This document shows, one piece after another, positions 13,124 to 26,599 of a stretch of DNA of 64,000 bases. Under the pieces are notes generated by a model. The model was not told the DNA's origin. It saw only the letters and a program-made list of their open reading frames with translations, and ran no database searches. The DNA is taken from assembly GCF_006345805.1 (NCBI RefSeq), contig NC_043002.1:19158001-19222000 (forward strand). Reading direction: 5' to 3'. The position numbers and the translations under genes were made by a program. The DNA is from Octopus sinensis. Taxonomy: Eukaryota. Positions within the stretch are counted from its first letter, which is position 1. The number at the start of each line of letters is the position of its first letter.

Positions 13124-13457
13124 AGACCCCCTTCGGTCATGAATGACCATGGGATTGCACCTAGAAAGTTACGCTCCTAGACACAAGTCCGGGCAAGGTT
13201 GTTTATGGAAGACCAGCAGTCGCCCATGCATACCAGCCTCCCCTCTCCACGCCACCAGTGTTATCCTAGGGAAAGACAAAGGTCGATACAGCTTGGCACC
13301 AGTGACGTCGCAACTCATTTCTACAGCTGAGTGAACTGGAGCAACGTGAAATAAAGTGCCTTGCTCGAGAACACAACACACAGCCCGGTCCGGGATTCGA
13401 GCTCACAACCTCACGATCGTAAGCTCGACGCTCTAACCACTGAGCCATGCGCCTTCA
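13124..13457 (-). mobile_element. tRNA-derived SINE, second family
   Basis: Head ggcgcatggctcagtggttagagcg...tcgaatcccgg; a second copy lies at 53626-53956. Confidence 0.85.
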
Positions 13458-13495
13458 CTATTATATATATATAATATATATATATATATTATATT

Positions 13496-13545
<50 letters not shown>

Positions 13546-13546
13546 A

Positions 13547-13605
<59 letters not shown>

Positions 13606-13609
13606 ACAC

Positions 13610-15130
13610 CGCTTGAGCGATTTACTAGACATTCTTTTGAAACATTTCCTTAGTTACATCAAACGTTTCATAAGAGATGATCTTGACATGCTCATGCACC
13701 TCCCGTAAACAACTAGAGAGGAGGCATTCTTGGTCTCCTTTGATGTTATCAACCTCTATACCAACATCCCACATGAATATGGTATTGAGGCAATTAATTT
13801 CTGGCTGGAGATACACCCAGAAGTATTTCCTAACCGCATTATCAAGACCTTCATTATAGAATCACTCAAGTTCATTTTGACAACAATTACTTCCTCTTCG
13901 AAAATACACACTACCGTAAAAAATGTGGTATCGCGATGGGTACCAAAGCTGCAATAGACCTTGCGAACCTCATATGGGTTTCTTAGATCTATCACTTTAT
14001 GAGATATCACGCCAGAAATTTGGACACCTTTTCCACATCTACTTAATGGAAAACTGGAAAAGATACCTTGATGATTGTTTCATCATATGGAAAAAATCTT
14101 ATGAAAAACTTCTGGAATTCAAAACCAAACTTAACAACATACATCCCAATATTCAATTCACTATGGAATTCAGCAAACATCATCTCCCTTTTCTTGATCT
14201 CCTAATTATAAAAACACCTAACAACCAAATCACAACTGACATCAACCACAAACCTACAGAATCACAACAATACTTCCTCTTCAGTTCATGCCACTCCAGA
14301 CGCACCAAGATAAATATCCCATTCAACTCAGCTAAAAGGATTTGCACCATTGTCTCGAATCCAAAAGCTCGAGAAATACGCCTTCAAGACCTCAAAAAAC
14401 ACCATTACAACGCCAATATTCCTCCACACTCATAGACTATGGAATAAAACGTGCCAAGGGACTCGACAATAATACACTGAAAACCACTCAACGCAGTAAC
14501 ACATCCAAACTCAAAATATTTCCATACATTTCCACCCACGACCCCAAAAACATCGAAGCATACACCACAGTCATACAAACCCTCTCCTTAATGTCCACAG
14601 CCCCAAAAATGAATAATATTATTAATACACATAAAATCCTTAAATGCAAAAGACAACATAAATCATTGAAAAAACTCTTAACAAATGCCAAACTTCACAC
14701 ACTACATCCACCCCCATCAGTTAAAAAATGTGCACGCCCTAACTGTGGTACCTGCCCTTTCCTACTTGAAGGCTCTGAATTTACTTTCAAACAAGGAATA
14801 AAGTTTAAAATCAAGACCAACTTCTCTTGCTCCTCCGAGAACCTCATTTAGATTCTTACATGCACCGGTTGCCAACACAATTATATCGGACAAACGAGCC
14901 TTCCTTTACTCAAAAGAGTAGTAGTCCATAAAGAACAGATAAATCTCCCACAATACCGTCAAATTCCACTCAGTAGCCACATAGACTCTTGCGCTAGAAA
15001 TAAAAATCCCAAATTTCATATATTCCCTTTCTACCAATGTAAAGACAGAATCTCAACACAAGAAAGAATCAAAAAGGAGAATCTTTTTATTGAAAAATAT
15101 CCAAATGCTTCTTAATATGCAAACTCCACG
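13610..15130 (+). mobile_element. Penelope-like element (RT plus GIY-YIG endonuclease), 5'-truncated and frameshifted
   Basis: VSFDVINLYTNIPH; GIAMGTK-like segment; WKRYLDDCFIIW; LPFLDL; CGTCPFL; SCSSENLI; CTGCQHNYIGQT. Confidence 0.9.
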
Positions 15131-15640
15131 GTGACCGTATTCCTTTTTCTGGCATCCTGTCTGACAAAAAATAGATATAAGCCTCCTGTTTGACAAAAAA
15201 CCAGCATTCCAATTACAGAGTATAAAATCCACAGAATTTTCCCCCTTATTCACAGGAACTGGATAACTCATACCCCATTTCCTGTTTTGACACATAAACA
15301 TCCAACTTTTTCAAACAAAACACTACTCTTAAACAAATGCATCCTTATCCTCCAAAGAAGTTTTTCCATGGACTAACATTGAACTCTAAAAGCATAAAGA
15401 CACTACAATGTATTGGTATACTTAATTATTAATTTTTGTATACACTTATTATTTTTTTGAAAATAAAACACTGTAAATTTCTTTTTTCCCCTTCCTCAAA
15501 AAAAAAATTCCCCTTCCAAATCTTGAAAATATGCCTTGGAATGAAAGCCGGTTTGATTTCTTTTTTAATTTTTCATAAACCCATTTGTATTAAAATTTAC
15601 TTTCAATTTAGCATTCTGCCTTATTATTTTTTCCTCTCCC

Positions 15641-15671
<31 letters not shown>

Positions 15672-16824
15672 TGTATGTATACATCTATCCTATAATAAAG
15701 TTGGTTATTGTTTACGAATAAAAGATTTTTGCTGAAGGAAAATAATTGTTAAATTCTACACAGTTTAGAAAATTCTTTAACATCCCAATTTTCATATATA
15801 TTCAAAATCAAAATGTTGTTTTCAAGATTCTTTTACTATTTCACCCGCATGATTAAACCAGAAAACCAGTTTTAATTCACTGCAAGATAGCATTTTGTAA
15901 CTTCTTACTCTCTTTATTTGTGTCCCTTTCCGTACAATGTTCTCATTCACTCTTTCCCTCTCTTTTTCGAACTCTTCTTTATTTCCCGTTTCTATTCCAA
16001 TTAGTCTACCTTCTCTATTATTACAGCTTTTCCTCTTTCGCTCTTACCTACATGTATTTTTTCTTCTCATTCTCCTTTCTCTATTTGTCTCCTCTCTCGC
16101 CCAAATTTTATTCGCATTTCTCCGTTATCTTATTTAATATATTACATCTTTCTCCTCACACCCTGCTACTTATACATTTTCTTTACAAGACTTTCTCTGT
16201 CTCCATCTCTGCTCTCTCTATTTTGCACTTTCGCTTGCTCTCTCTTTTGCTCTCTCTTATCCTCTCTTACTTTCTCTCTCTCTCTTGCTTTTTCACTTGC
16301 TCTCTCTCTCTCTCCCTCTCTCTCTCTCTCTTACCCTCTTTTTCTCTCTCTCTTGTTCTCACTGTCCCTCTTTCTGTTTCTCTACCGCTTCTTTTCAATT
16401 GTTTTCATTAAAAGTAAGCGATTACAAAATTTTTTTGAGAAACTTTCAGCATATTCGTGAACAATTTTATACTATATCTATAAACCATATCAAAATTACA
16501 TAGTTATTTTTTCATTTCAAGTTTCATTCCGTTATACACAAATGAGCAATCCATGATCCCCTGAGAAATGACACCCTTGTGTTCTTTTCTGTGCCTACAA
16601 CGACTTTGCGTTTATTGTTAGGTAATATATTGATTTCATTTAACAATGATGCAATATACATACTGTGCTATTTGTTTCCACTCTAGAATTTTTAATTCAG
16701 TATGGGTCGTCCAAAAATATGCGACAAAAACCGAACAAATGATTGAATACACGTGTAGGAGTATGACAGAAACAAATGACTGAATGCATGTGTAGGAATA
16801 GAATATATGATTCCATTTCTTAAT

Positions 16825-17045
16825 TCTTTATTGCCCACAAGGGGCTAAACATAGAGGGGGACAAACAAGCACAGACAAAGGAATTAAGTAAATTACATCG
16901 ACCCCAGTGTGTAACTGGTGCATAATTTATCGACCCCGAAAGGATGAAAGGCAAAGTCGACCTCGGAGGAATTTGAACTCAGAACGTAGAGGCAGACGAA
17001 ATACCGCTAAATATTTCGCCCGGCGTGCTAACGATTCTGCCAGCT
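16825..17045 (-). mobile_element. Nin-like tRNA SINE, single unit
   Basis: Same head and body as 5925-6157. Confidence 0.85.
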
Positions 17046-18035
17046 CTGTTTCTGCTACACATGACAGACTGGCCAGGATATCTCAAGAGGAAAAATTATC
17101 TACTTCAAAACGATACGCTTTGCCAGCTTTCACAATCTGTACGTATTCAAATGCCAATTGATAATCAATATTAAACGGACAGGACATGCAGATAAATATT
17201 TTATGCAACTAGTAGTAAGATACAAATAGCAACAGCAGTGGAAACAAACAGGATGCAGAAAAACCAAACTGAATATACAAGCATAGATGTAAAAACTTTT
17301 CAACTAGGAACAAGTCTATTAAAGGAATAACAATGAATACTAATTCCGATGTCTTTCGAGAACAGGATGTCATGTCTGTTATACATCTACATAATGCAGA
17401 GAGTCACGCCGACGATGTTTGCTCACACTTCATGGCTTACAGATGGCCTACTGAATCAAAATCTCTTTGCAGCTTTGAGGGGAAGGTAAAACTTGACAAC
17501 CTTTATTCTCCTCCACCAAATATTTTTTGGTACTTTGTTGTTCATTCTGGAAACAGTTTCATAGAAAATACATGTTAATATAACAAAACACTGACATTCG
17601 CTTCTCTGTGACACAGAGAAATGAGAGCCCCAGATTTAGTTCTACATTACAGCAGTTTCGTACAAGCAAACAATACATATACTTGCAGAAAACCGCTCGG
17701 AAAGCGGGTTAAGTCTAGTACCCGAGTAGAAAATTGCGGGATTTGAACTCGGAACACAAAGAATAGGAACAAATACCGCAAGATATTCCAGTTCGGACTT
17801 CTCACAGTTTCGCTAATCCACCGCTTTGGACAGCTACATTTTTTTTTATTAATCCATAAGAATGAAGAGCAAAGTTGAACCTTGTGAGATTTGAACTCCG
17901 AGAGCAGAAAATCGGATCAAATACCGCAAAACATTCTTTGCGACGCTCTAACGAGTCTGCCAATTCGCCGCCAACAAATAATCTTAAAACTCCAATGAAG
18001 AGAAAAATATACATACTTACATACTTGCATACATT

Positions 18036-18060
18036 CATGCATGCATGCATACATACATAG

Positions 18061-18091
<31 letters not shown>

Positions 18092-18137
18092 CATACATAC
18101 ATACATACATACACACATACATACATACATACATACA

Positions 18138-18165
<28 letters not shown>
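18036..18165. repeat. (CATA)n microsatellite
   Basis: Directly visible. Confidence 0.95.
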
Positions 18166-18168
<3 letters not shown>

Positions 18169-19124
18169 GTGTAACTACTTTCATACACACCTAATGCATA
18201 CATATGTCCCGATAGCGATCGCCAAAGAGAAATAATTACCTATTCAGTAGTAATTGAGCAGCCATCTCCAGAGAGATGAGGGGGTAATCAATAAGGATTA
18301 CAGATGCTCCTTCTAGGAAACATACAGATTTATCCTGGAGAAAAATCTAGAATGAAAATTAGTTTTATTAGACTGCAGTGTGACAAGAAGTTTGAAAAAT
18401 GTATCATCTCTGAATTACACCGAAACCATACAAAACTAATAGTAATATCCTTGATGTTTTGATTTTAAAAAACAACAACTTTAAGGTGGATGCAAGAAGG
18501 GACCAGGAAGAGATTTCATTGTGGCTACTGATACATGGGAAGCTTAACTTCACTCGAAGATATATTATTTTACCGTCAAGCTCAAATGATATATGTATGC
18601 TCCCGTCAGTAATTTACATGCCAAAATATAAATAATAAAATCTATACAGTTTGAATTTGTATTAAACATGTGTTATTTTTGTTGAAGAAATCTGAAGTGT
18701 GATTGGCTCAAACCTACAAGCCTCTCCTGCAGCGTCGTTATCAACGACCGATTTTATTCTCCGATATCTGACAAAGAATGATGCAGGTACTTAGAAAACA
18801 TGTTCTCTGATAAGCTCTTGTAAAGAGAGACAAACAGTCTGAGTAAAAGAAAAAAAGAAAAAAGCAATGATCATCAGAGTTCTCTGCAAACAATAAATCA
18901 GTATTTAGGAGGGAACACTTTGGAAAGTATGGGTTGGATGATGACGTTTTTCTGCAATTACTTCGGTTTTGGTAGATTTGCTTGCTATTCGTACTGTCGT
19001 TTGAAGGCAGTTTAAATCTTGTGTAAAGAAAAAGTGTCAGTTGCTGGTAAATGTAGAGTAAACCCTCCCCCCACATACATACAAACACACACACATATAC
19101 TGTATATAGCTAAATGATAAGAAG

Positions 19125-19990
19125 GAGACAAAGAAAAAATTCAGTTCTATGTTAAAGAGATAAGGAATTATGTACATTATTTACATTTGACGGATATTTG
19201 TCTTCATCGTGTTTGTTGTTAACACGTTTCGACTGATATACCCTCCAGCCTTCATCAGGTGTCTTGGGGAAATTTCGAACTTGGGCTCTCATTCCTAAGG
19301 TATTTTTCGATGTTGTTGTTGTTGTTATTATTATTATTATTATTATTATTCATGTCACTGCCTGGATTCGAAGTAGGAATCTTGGGGTTAGTAGCCCGTG
19401 CTCTTAACCACTACGCCATATGCCTTATGGAGTGAGTTTTGGGGCTTATAAATCTTATATTCTCCAATCCTTTCATAATACCGGTTCCCATATGTTCATA
19501 TCTGCACTCGGTCTGCTTAGGAGGATATTGTGTCCTAGCATATGTGGTGCTCCTTTTAGTTTTTGTATTTTCCAGTGGTGTTCACTGTCTATTATTTTAA
19601 CTTCATCCCACAGGAGGAGGTGGTCTCCATTTTTTCATACATGATCAGCTATACCCGATCTATCAATATCTCCTCATGTCACAGCTTTGCAATGTTCTTC
19701 TACCCTTATTTTGAGTGGGCGGCATGTTTTGCCTTTGTATAACCTACCACAGCTGTATGGGATGGAGTACACGCAGTTCTTGGTCATATTCTCTTCTATT
19801 GGTGGTTTTACTCGAAGGGGATATTTGCGAAGTGTTGTATTACTTTTGAATACTGTCCTGATGTCAAATGGGTCGCATATGTTTTGTATCTTTAACTCAT
19901 CTTTAATGATACGTTACAATTTTTTCTGCACCAACTCTGTTTGCAACACCAGTTTATGCAAAAATTCGAAGTGAAAATTTACGTAATGTT
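19125..19990 (-). mobile_element. Penelope-like 3' fragment: GIY-YIG C-terminus, tRNA-like segment, (AAT)n and degenerate hammerhead
   Basis: KGKTCRPLKIRVEEH...SGIADHV and WDEVKIIDSEHHWK on the minus strand; A/B-box segment at 19361-19434; ACAC-CTGATGA-A-GGCTG...CAGTC-GAAAC-GT at 19222-19262. Confidence 0.75.
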
Positions 19991-20165
19991 TGCGGTTTTG
20001 GACATCTACGGTGTGATCGATCGTCTTGAGACTTGGATTTTCTACACCTGAGGAATTCCAGCTTTGGCCTGAAAATCAACTGTGTTGATCGACCAGTATT
20101 CGGGACGAGTGCTTCTCTGGAAATAATCTACTAGGACCTTAGGCACACACACACACACACACACA

Positions 20166-20240
<75 letters not shown>

Positions 20241-20320
20241 AATGGTAAGACAACAAAAGAATGAAAGAGACCTCGATATTATGTAAATAGAGGAATTTAT
20301 CTGTAAATATAATGTGACAT

Positions 20321-20495
20321 TTATTCGGTAGCCATGATAAAACTCCGAGTTTCGGATGTCGGGGCGGAAACCCACGCCACCATCTCTTCAGTTATCCGAC
20401 CATCGAAAAAATTTTTTCTTTCGATGGCTGGATAACTGGCGTGGGTTTCCGCCCCGACATCCGAAACTCGGAGTTTTATCATGGCTACCGAATAA
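20321..20495. ncRNA. Second hammerhead palindrome (same family as 5369-5539); minus-strand motif at 20336-20396 intact, plus-strand core deleted
   Basis: Inverted arms; arm 2 lacks about 11 nt that include most of CTGAAGA. Shares the flank aaatggtaagacaacaaaagaatg..agagacctcgatattatgtaaa with the 5.5-kb copy, in opposite orientation. Confidence 0.6.
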
Positions 20496-20527
20496 TTGTC
20501 ACATATTATAATTACACACACACACAC

Positions 20528-20569
<42 letters not shown>

Positions 20570-20593
20570 ACACACACATATAATATATATATA

Positions 20594-20634
<41 letters not shown>

Positions 20635-20637
<3 letters not shown>

Positions 20638-21505
20638 GGTGAGTGGAAAGTAACTAGGCACTAGAAATTGCTTGTAAAATTTTTAGTATTACTGAAGACA
20701 CGACAAAAACATTTTGTAAACGCACAACATTAACATGGATTTTTTAATTTTCTTATTGTCTTAATTCTTATTTTTCAGATGGACGGTCACTTGACCGTTC
20801 AAGAGTGAGCTAAGATAGCAGTACGCTATGAAGTGTGGAATTCCATTGTTTTGATTCAGAGATGGTGGCGTGCATAGCATACAACACTATGTCTGGAGAC
20901 AATAACATGTTACCAAGCAAAGCTGACGACCAAGGGCTCTGCGAACGATGCAAGAAGTGGCCGTCTAACCACATCACGATCAGCGGAGAACGTGGCAACA
21001 GTGCAGGAAATGTTTAATGGCAGCCCTCAAAAATCAACACGTCAAGCAGCTCGTGAAAGTGGACTAACAAGACACAATACGTACGGTGTTGAATAAAGAA
21101 CTGAACTTTCGTCCGTGGAAACCCCCATTACGTGCAGGAGCTAAAATCTGAAGTCTGTGACCGCAGAAGTCCAGAAGTCCAGATCTCCATGTGATTTTTT
21201 ACCTGTGGAGTTACACAAAAGAGGTGTACAAGACAAAACCTTGCACACTGGGGGACTTAGAGACACGTATTCAGGAGCTTTCAATGATATCCCAGACAAC
21301 GTCTTTTAGAAGGTTGTTCAAACCCCTCCTCCTCCGGGCCGTTTGAGGAAGCTGCTTGACGCCACCAATGCTTACGTTGAAATATAAAGATTTACTCTCA
21401 TTTTTCCATGTAATAAAGAACGTGTATCATTTGTTTCAATAAATTTGTAAAAGGAATATGGATTTTATTACTCATTTTTAATGCCTACTTAATTTTCACC
21501 CACAT
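20635..21505 (+). mobile_element. Decayed Tc1/mariner-superfamily transposon
   Basis: TA-cagggtg start; RSGR..TSRSAENVATVQEMF..SPQKSTRQAARESGL and SPDL...FYLW remnants. Confidence 0.7.
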
Positions 21506-21535
21506 ATATACATACATATATATATATACATATAT

Positions 21536-21695
21536 ACGACGGGCTTCTTTCAGTTTCCGTCTACCAAATCCACTCACAAGGCTTTGGTCGGCCCGAGGCT
21601 ATAGTAGAAGACACTTGCCCAAGGTGCCACGCAGTGGGACTGAACCCGGAACCATGTGGCTGGTAAGCAAGCTACTTACCACACAGCCACTCCTA
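21536..21695 (-). mobile_element. tRNA-derived SINE 5' part, third family
   Basis: aggagtggctgtgtggtaagtagcttgct...ggttcagtccc; the full copy is at 53036-53462. Confidence 0.85.
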
Positions 21696-22372
21696 CGCCT
21701 ACACCATTGACTGGAAACGAAATCGCAGGTTTTGCATTCAGAGTTTTCTTTCCTTCAGAGAAATGTCTACGCAATGCTCGAGCGCTCTCGCTCATAGCTG
21801 TTGGTCGGCCGTTAATTCTACTGAGAGCTTCCGCTTTTTGACAGGTTTTGTTTTTTGTCCTGCAGGATGTCTAATAAAAACTTCTAATAAAAGCTACCGT
21901 CTTTATTAAGTAGACTCTATAGGGATGCAAGCTAAATCGCCGACGCTGACAGGTCGTATTTTGTTATGTGCTACAAGTAGCACTAAGAGTGATCTGACAG
22001 ATATACATACATACACATATATGTGCGTGTATCTAAGAAGGAGAGAAAGAAAGAGAGAGAGAGGAAGAAGCAGCGAAAAATGTAGCAATAATTATTAGAG
22101 AGAAAGAGAGAAAGAGAGAGAAAGAGTGAGTGAGGAAAAGAGAAGAGAAACGTAATAACCGTTATAAAGAAATTTGTATCAACCTGCCTCTGTACTTTAC
22201 TGTTTAAAGCTTGCTGGAACGAAAAGGTGATTGAAAATTAATATTCTTGTAAAATATAGTAAAAGTTATAAAACTATACATACACGTCACGTGTGATTCC
22301 AATTATCAATTACATCAATTATATAATTTATATTTATATATATGATCAACGGTGCCTTCTCATTTTATATGT

Positions 22373-22432
<60 letters not shown>

Positions 22433-22486
22433 TATATTATATATAATATATATATATATTATATATATATATACATACATACATAT

Positions 22487-22519
<33 letters not shown>

Positions 22520-22732
22520 ATTATATAACGGAAGCTTTATGAAATAAACAAAAGACGAAGGCAGGTGGAAAACAACGAACAATTGTATAGTATGGCGCTC
22601 AGGAAATATATAAAACAAGTCTTTAACTTTTCGAGCCTACGCTCTTCAACAGAAAGATACACATAGAGAGAAAAACACAGAAAGAAGGAGAGAAAAAAAA
22701 TGCGTGCAGTAGCTAACGAATCAACATGGCGA

Positions 22733-22782
<50 letters not shown>

Positions 22783-22809
22783 TAAGAGAACAAAGTGGAC
22801 GTACGTCGC

Positions 22810-22835
<26 letters not shown>

Positions 22836-22840
<5 letters not shown>

Positions 22841-23319
22841 AAATAAAATCCAAATGGGACAAGAACGCAAAACATCCGGACAACTAGGTGATACAAGCCG
22901 TAAGGCTTCATTTCCACACACGCAAGCTGAATTCAATTCGTCCCCAGTCGAAAGACACCTGTTGTTATGTCCTGTTATTATTATTACTACTGTTATTTTT
23001 ATTGTATTTTTGTATTTATATTCGTGTAACATCTTCTGTTTTTCCGTCCTTGTTTTCGTATACATTCGATGCTTTTTTCCAAGGAATCTAATGCGCTTAG
23101 CTTAGTTTTTCGTTGGGGCTGGCCAGATTGGAGCAATCTCAAGATTAATCAGCCGAAATTGCAAGGATGATTCGGTTCTTGACTGAAGATAAAAGGCTTC
23201 GAATGACCCGTCCTTGTTTTTTTGTATCGTCTATCTGGATGTTTTGTTGTCCCTTTTTGTATCACCTAGTTGTCCGGATGCTTTGCGTTCTTGTCCCTTT
23301 TTGTATTTTATTTTATATA
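22836..23319. mobile_element. Element with ~55-60-bp terminal inverted repeats embedded in (TA)n
   Basis: 22842-22896 is the reverse complement of 23257-23312 with few mismatches. Confidence 0.7.
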
Positions 23320-23328
23320 TATACATAT

Positions 23329-23410
<82 letters not shown>

Positions 23411-23481
23411 ACATTACAACCAGGGTTTTTATCTGTTTATTTGAATCATTCTCTCTCTCTCTTCCCCTCTTTCGCTCCTCT

Positions 23482-23514
<33 letters not shown>

Positions 23515-23744
23515 TACTTGTTTCAGTCATTGGACTGCAGCCATGCTGGGGCACTACCTTCAAGAGTGTAACCGAACAAATCAACCCCAATACTTTTTTT
23601 AATGCTATTCACTCCGATCCCTTTGCCCGACCGCTAAGTTACGGGGATGAAAACACACTTACACAGGTTATCAAGTGTTGGTGGAGGACAAATACAACAC
23701 AAAAACAACGACACATGCAGATGCATACATATATACATAACTAT

Positions 23745-24128
23745 ATCGTTCGTCCGTCGTTATCGACGATGATCAGGGATATCAGATGGGAGAAAGATAC
23801 AGGATACGGTGTGTCCAGCTGTGGCCGATCAGTCCGATGTGTGCTCGGACGCCTCTGCTGCAAGTCGGGTACTGGTGCTCAACAGGGACTGACAGTGAGG
23901 AGTGGGTTCTGGGCTTGGGTTTTTCGCATTTTCTTTGTACCCATGCGAACCTGTTCTCGTTGGAGGTGGCCCTTCTGTTGATGCAGCTTTGCCAGGCAGG
24001 ACGGTCTTGCACTTGTGTTTCCCAAGTGTCGGAGTTCATCTCAAAGCTCTTCAATGTGACTTTAAATGTATCCTTGAAGCACTTTGTCCACCTTGCATGC
24101 CCTTGCCTACTGCCAGTTCGCTGTCTCT
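23745..24128 (-). mobile_element. RTE-clade LINE 3' fragment
   Basis: TWETQVQDRPAWQSCI...CPTCSR-like YPTCSRGVRAHIGLIGHSWTH on the minus strand. Confidence 0.8.
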
Positions 24129-24479
24129 CGTATGTATGTATGTATGTATGTATGTATGTATGTATTTATATATGTATGTATATATATGCATATATATACA
24201 TACATATACATACATACATACATACATACATACATACAAACATACATGCAATCATACCTGTAATTATTGGGGTACTTGGATTTGTAACACACTACCTAAA
24301 TACCAATCTAGAGAGATTAGGATTCTCAAAACCAGGAAGGAGAATGCTAATTCAAAGACTACAGATCTAGACCATCACTGGAACTGTAAAAATCTGTAAA
24401 ACTCTCCAGTTTATCATTTAATTATATTTGTCTAGTCATGCAACTATATGCATGAGAATACAAACATAAAACAAAACAT

Positions 24480-24848
24480 ACAAATCTGCACATACACATA
24501 CATACAACCATACAATTATACATACATTCATATATACATACATACATACAATCATACATACATACAATCATACATACATACATACATATATACATACATA
24601 CATACATATATACATACATACATACATACATACATACATGCATGCATACATACATATATACATACATGCATACATACATACATACATACATACATACATA
24701 CATACATACATACATACATGCATACATACATACATACATGCATGCATGCATGCATGCATACATACATACATACATGCATACATACATACATACATACATA
24801 CATACATACATACATACATACATACATACATACATACATACATACATA
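24480..24848. repeat. Long (CATA)n array, the tail of an RTE 3' tip at ~24849-24900
   Basis: Directly visible; explains the HTYI/MYVC ORFs. Confidence 0.9.
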
Positions 24849-26599
24849 GTAGCTGCTTTCTCGTATACGTGCAAAGCCATTGCTAGAAAGAATCATTGAT
24901 GATGCAATGTGAGGCCCTAGTATGACTATTAAGCCCGGCCAAAGATTTGCTCATTCTATTGCATAATGCACAGGTGTACTTGCTGGCAGAAAGAACTTTG
25001 CCACAGTATGGAGTCTTTTGACATGCTCAATGATGTGAGAATGAAGAACATTCGTTTTGGCATAAAACAGACACACATACGTAAGATAGGTATCTTTTAT
25101 ATATTTATATGTTTTAATATTTTCTTAAGAAATGATTACCAAATACGAATAGCACCAGGAACAATGACTGTGTCATTCTTGACATAAAGTAATATATCAG
25201 AAATACGTCTTGATAAAACTAGGTTTATGTTTTCAACGTGTTACTTGTGTCAGTTTCAGCTGTTTATTGCGGACTATAATTTTGGACAGTTTATACAATA
25301 TTATATAAACAGCTGTTGTTTTAGGTGCTTCAGCAGTCATTTAGAATTATAAGCTAAGTTAAATATGCTGTAAATAACGCAATAATTTTTTTCTTTTTGT
25401 TCGCTGGCAACTTCAGAGAGATTTTGTCTTCTTGGTAATGAGAGATACTGTATTTTGCTTCCAAAGCTGAATAAAGAACTCTGTAAAAAAAATGTAATTC
25501 TGGAGAGCATTGTTCGGGAGTCATTGTAAGGAGCAGTGGGCTTGTTGCTTTGAAGCATCTGAGACTGGCTCTGTATTTGATGTATGTCGCTGAGAGCCAA
25601 GACAAACGGGAAAAGATAGTTTTGAAAGAGAACTATCAAAAGTGTGTGAGTGAAAGTAGAAGAAATGGGAGAAGCAGCTGCGAAGATTTTATCGTGGGAG
25701 TGCTGTTTAGAGAGCCACCATAGCTGAGAAATAGAAAGAAGGAAGATAAATTTGGTAAAGGAACTTTCGACAAACTACAAGCAATAATTGCAGTCGGTGA
25801 GACTGGAGGATTTGCCGACTGTATGATGAACAGAAACTTGCTTTGCAATTTGGATGTAGTCATGCAGGGATTGCAGTGTTGCGTTAAAGCCGTCAAGTTT
25901 GTAGAGATGGGGTAATTTTGTCCAAGCGTTTAACGCTCTATCCTATTCCTTGAATCAAGTGGATCATCCATAGCTGCAATGCAACCTTGAATGAAGAACT
26001 TTAAGATCTAGGAGTCACGAATTTGGTTGTGTGATGGATGTAGAGAGATATACTTAAGAGGATGATTTCATTCACACTGGGAGTTGTCTCTGATGTGTCA
26101 CAAGGGAAGCACATGCATTGCAAGAATTAACATAATACAAGTGGATCTCTAGCAAATGAGCTGATTTGAAGTGCCATAGTGTTTCAGGGGTGGTGAGGAA
26201 GTGTCGTATGAAGATGTAATGTGGTTTGTGAAAAGGCAGTGGTTTGATGGTTCCTTAAATGGAGGAACAGTGCCTGTTTCACCGAGGTTTAGTTTGGAGA
26301 TTATAATTACTGTATACCATTCGCCTCCTCCTCTTCCTCCTCCCCTCCTATCCTCCTTTTCCTACCCTCCTCTTCCTCCTTCTCCTCCTTCTCTTCATCT
26401 TCCTTTCTCTCTTCTTCCTCTCCTCCTCTTCCTCCCCCTCTTCCTCTCCTCCCCTTTTCCTCTTTCACCCCCCCTCCTCTTCCTCCCCCCTCAGGCTGAA
26501 GGAATGGATTTTAGTGGGGGAGGACTGCAAATCAACAGTATACCGGAAACGACACGAGGAATTCGAAGTATACTTTGGTGTTTGTGAAAATCTCTGTTT

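Noticed and set aside
13385-13457. tRNA-like sequences here and at 19361, 36575, 53885 and other SINE heads
   Set aside because: They continue into SINE or retroelement bodies and lack a complete acceptor stem; not called as tRNA genes.
17400-17550. ENKGCQVLPSPQSCKEILIQ cysteine-bearing minus frame
   Set aside because: Interrupted by stops, wrong phase and no similarity to gene A/B exons; more likely decayed transposon or chance.
18741-19094. Minus ORF with an acceptor-like tract followed by DCLSLF...TCFLSTC, a possible third paralog exon
   Set aside because: All three frames stop before a donor; no CxxGC or DNxGNC motif; no matching signal or terminal exon nearby.
24422-24899. Long ORFs such as [22 protein letters not shown] and CVCVCV here and throughout the window
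   Set aside because: Translations of stop-free microsatellites.
24966-25187. RCTCWQKELCHSM... plus-strand frame between cag and GTAAGA
   Set aside because: Weak acceptor, no partner exons and no recognisable domain.
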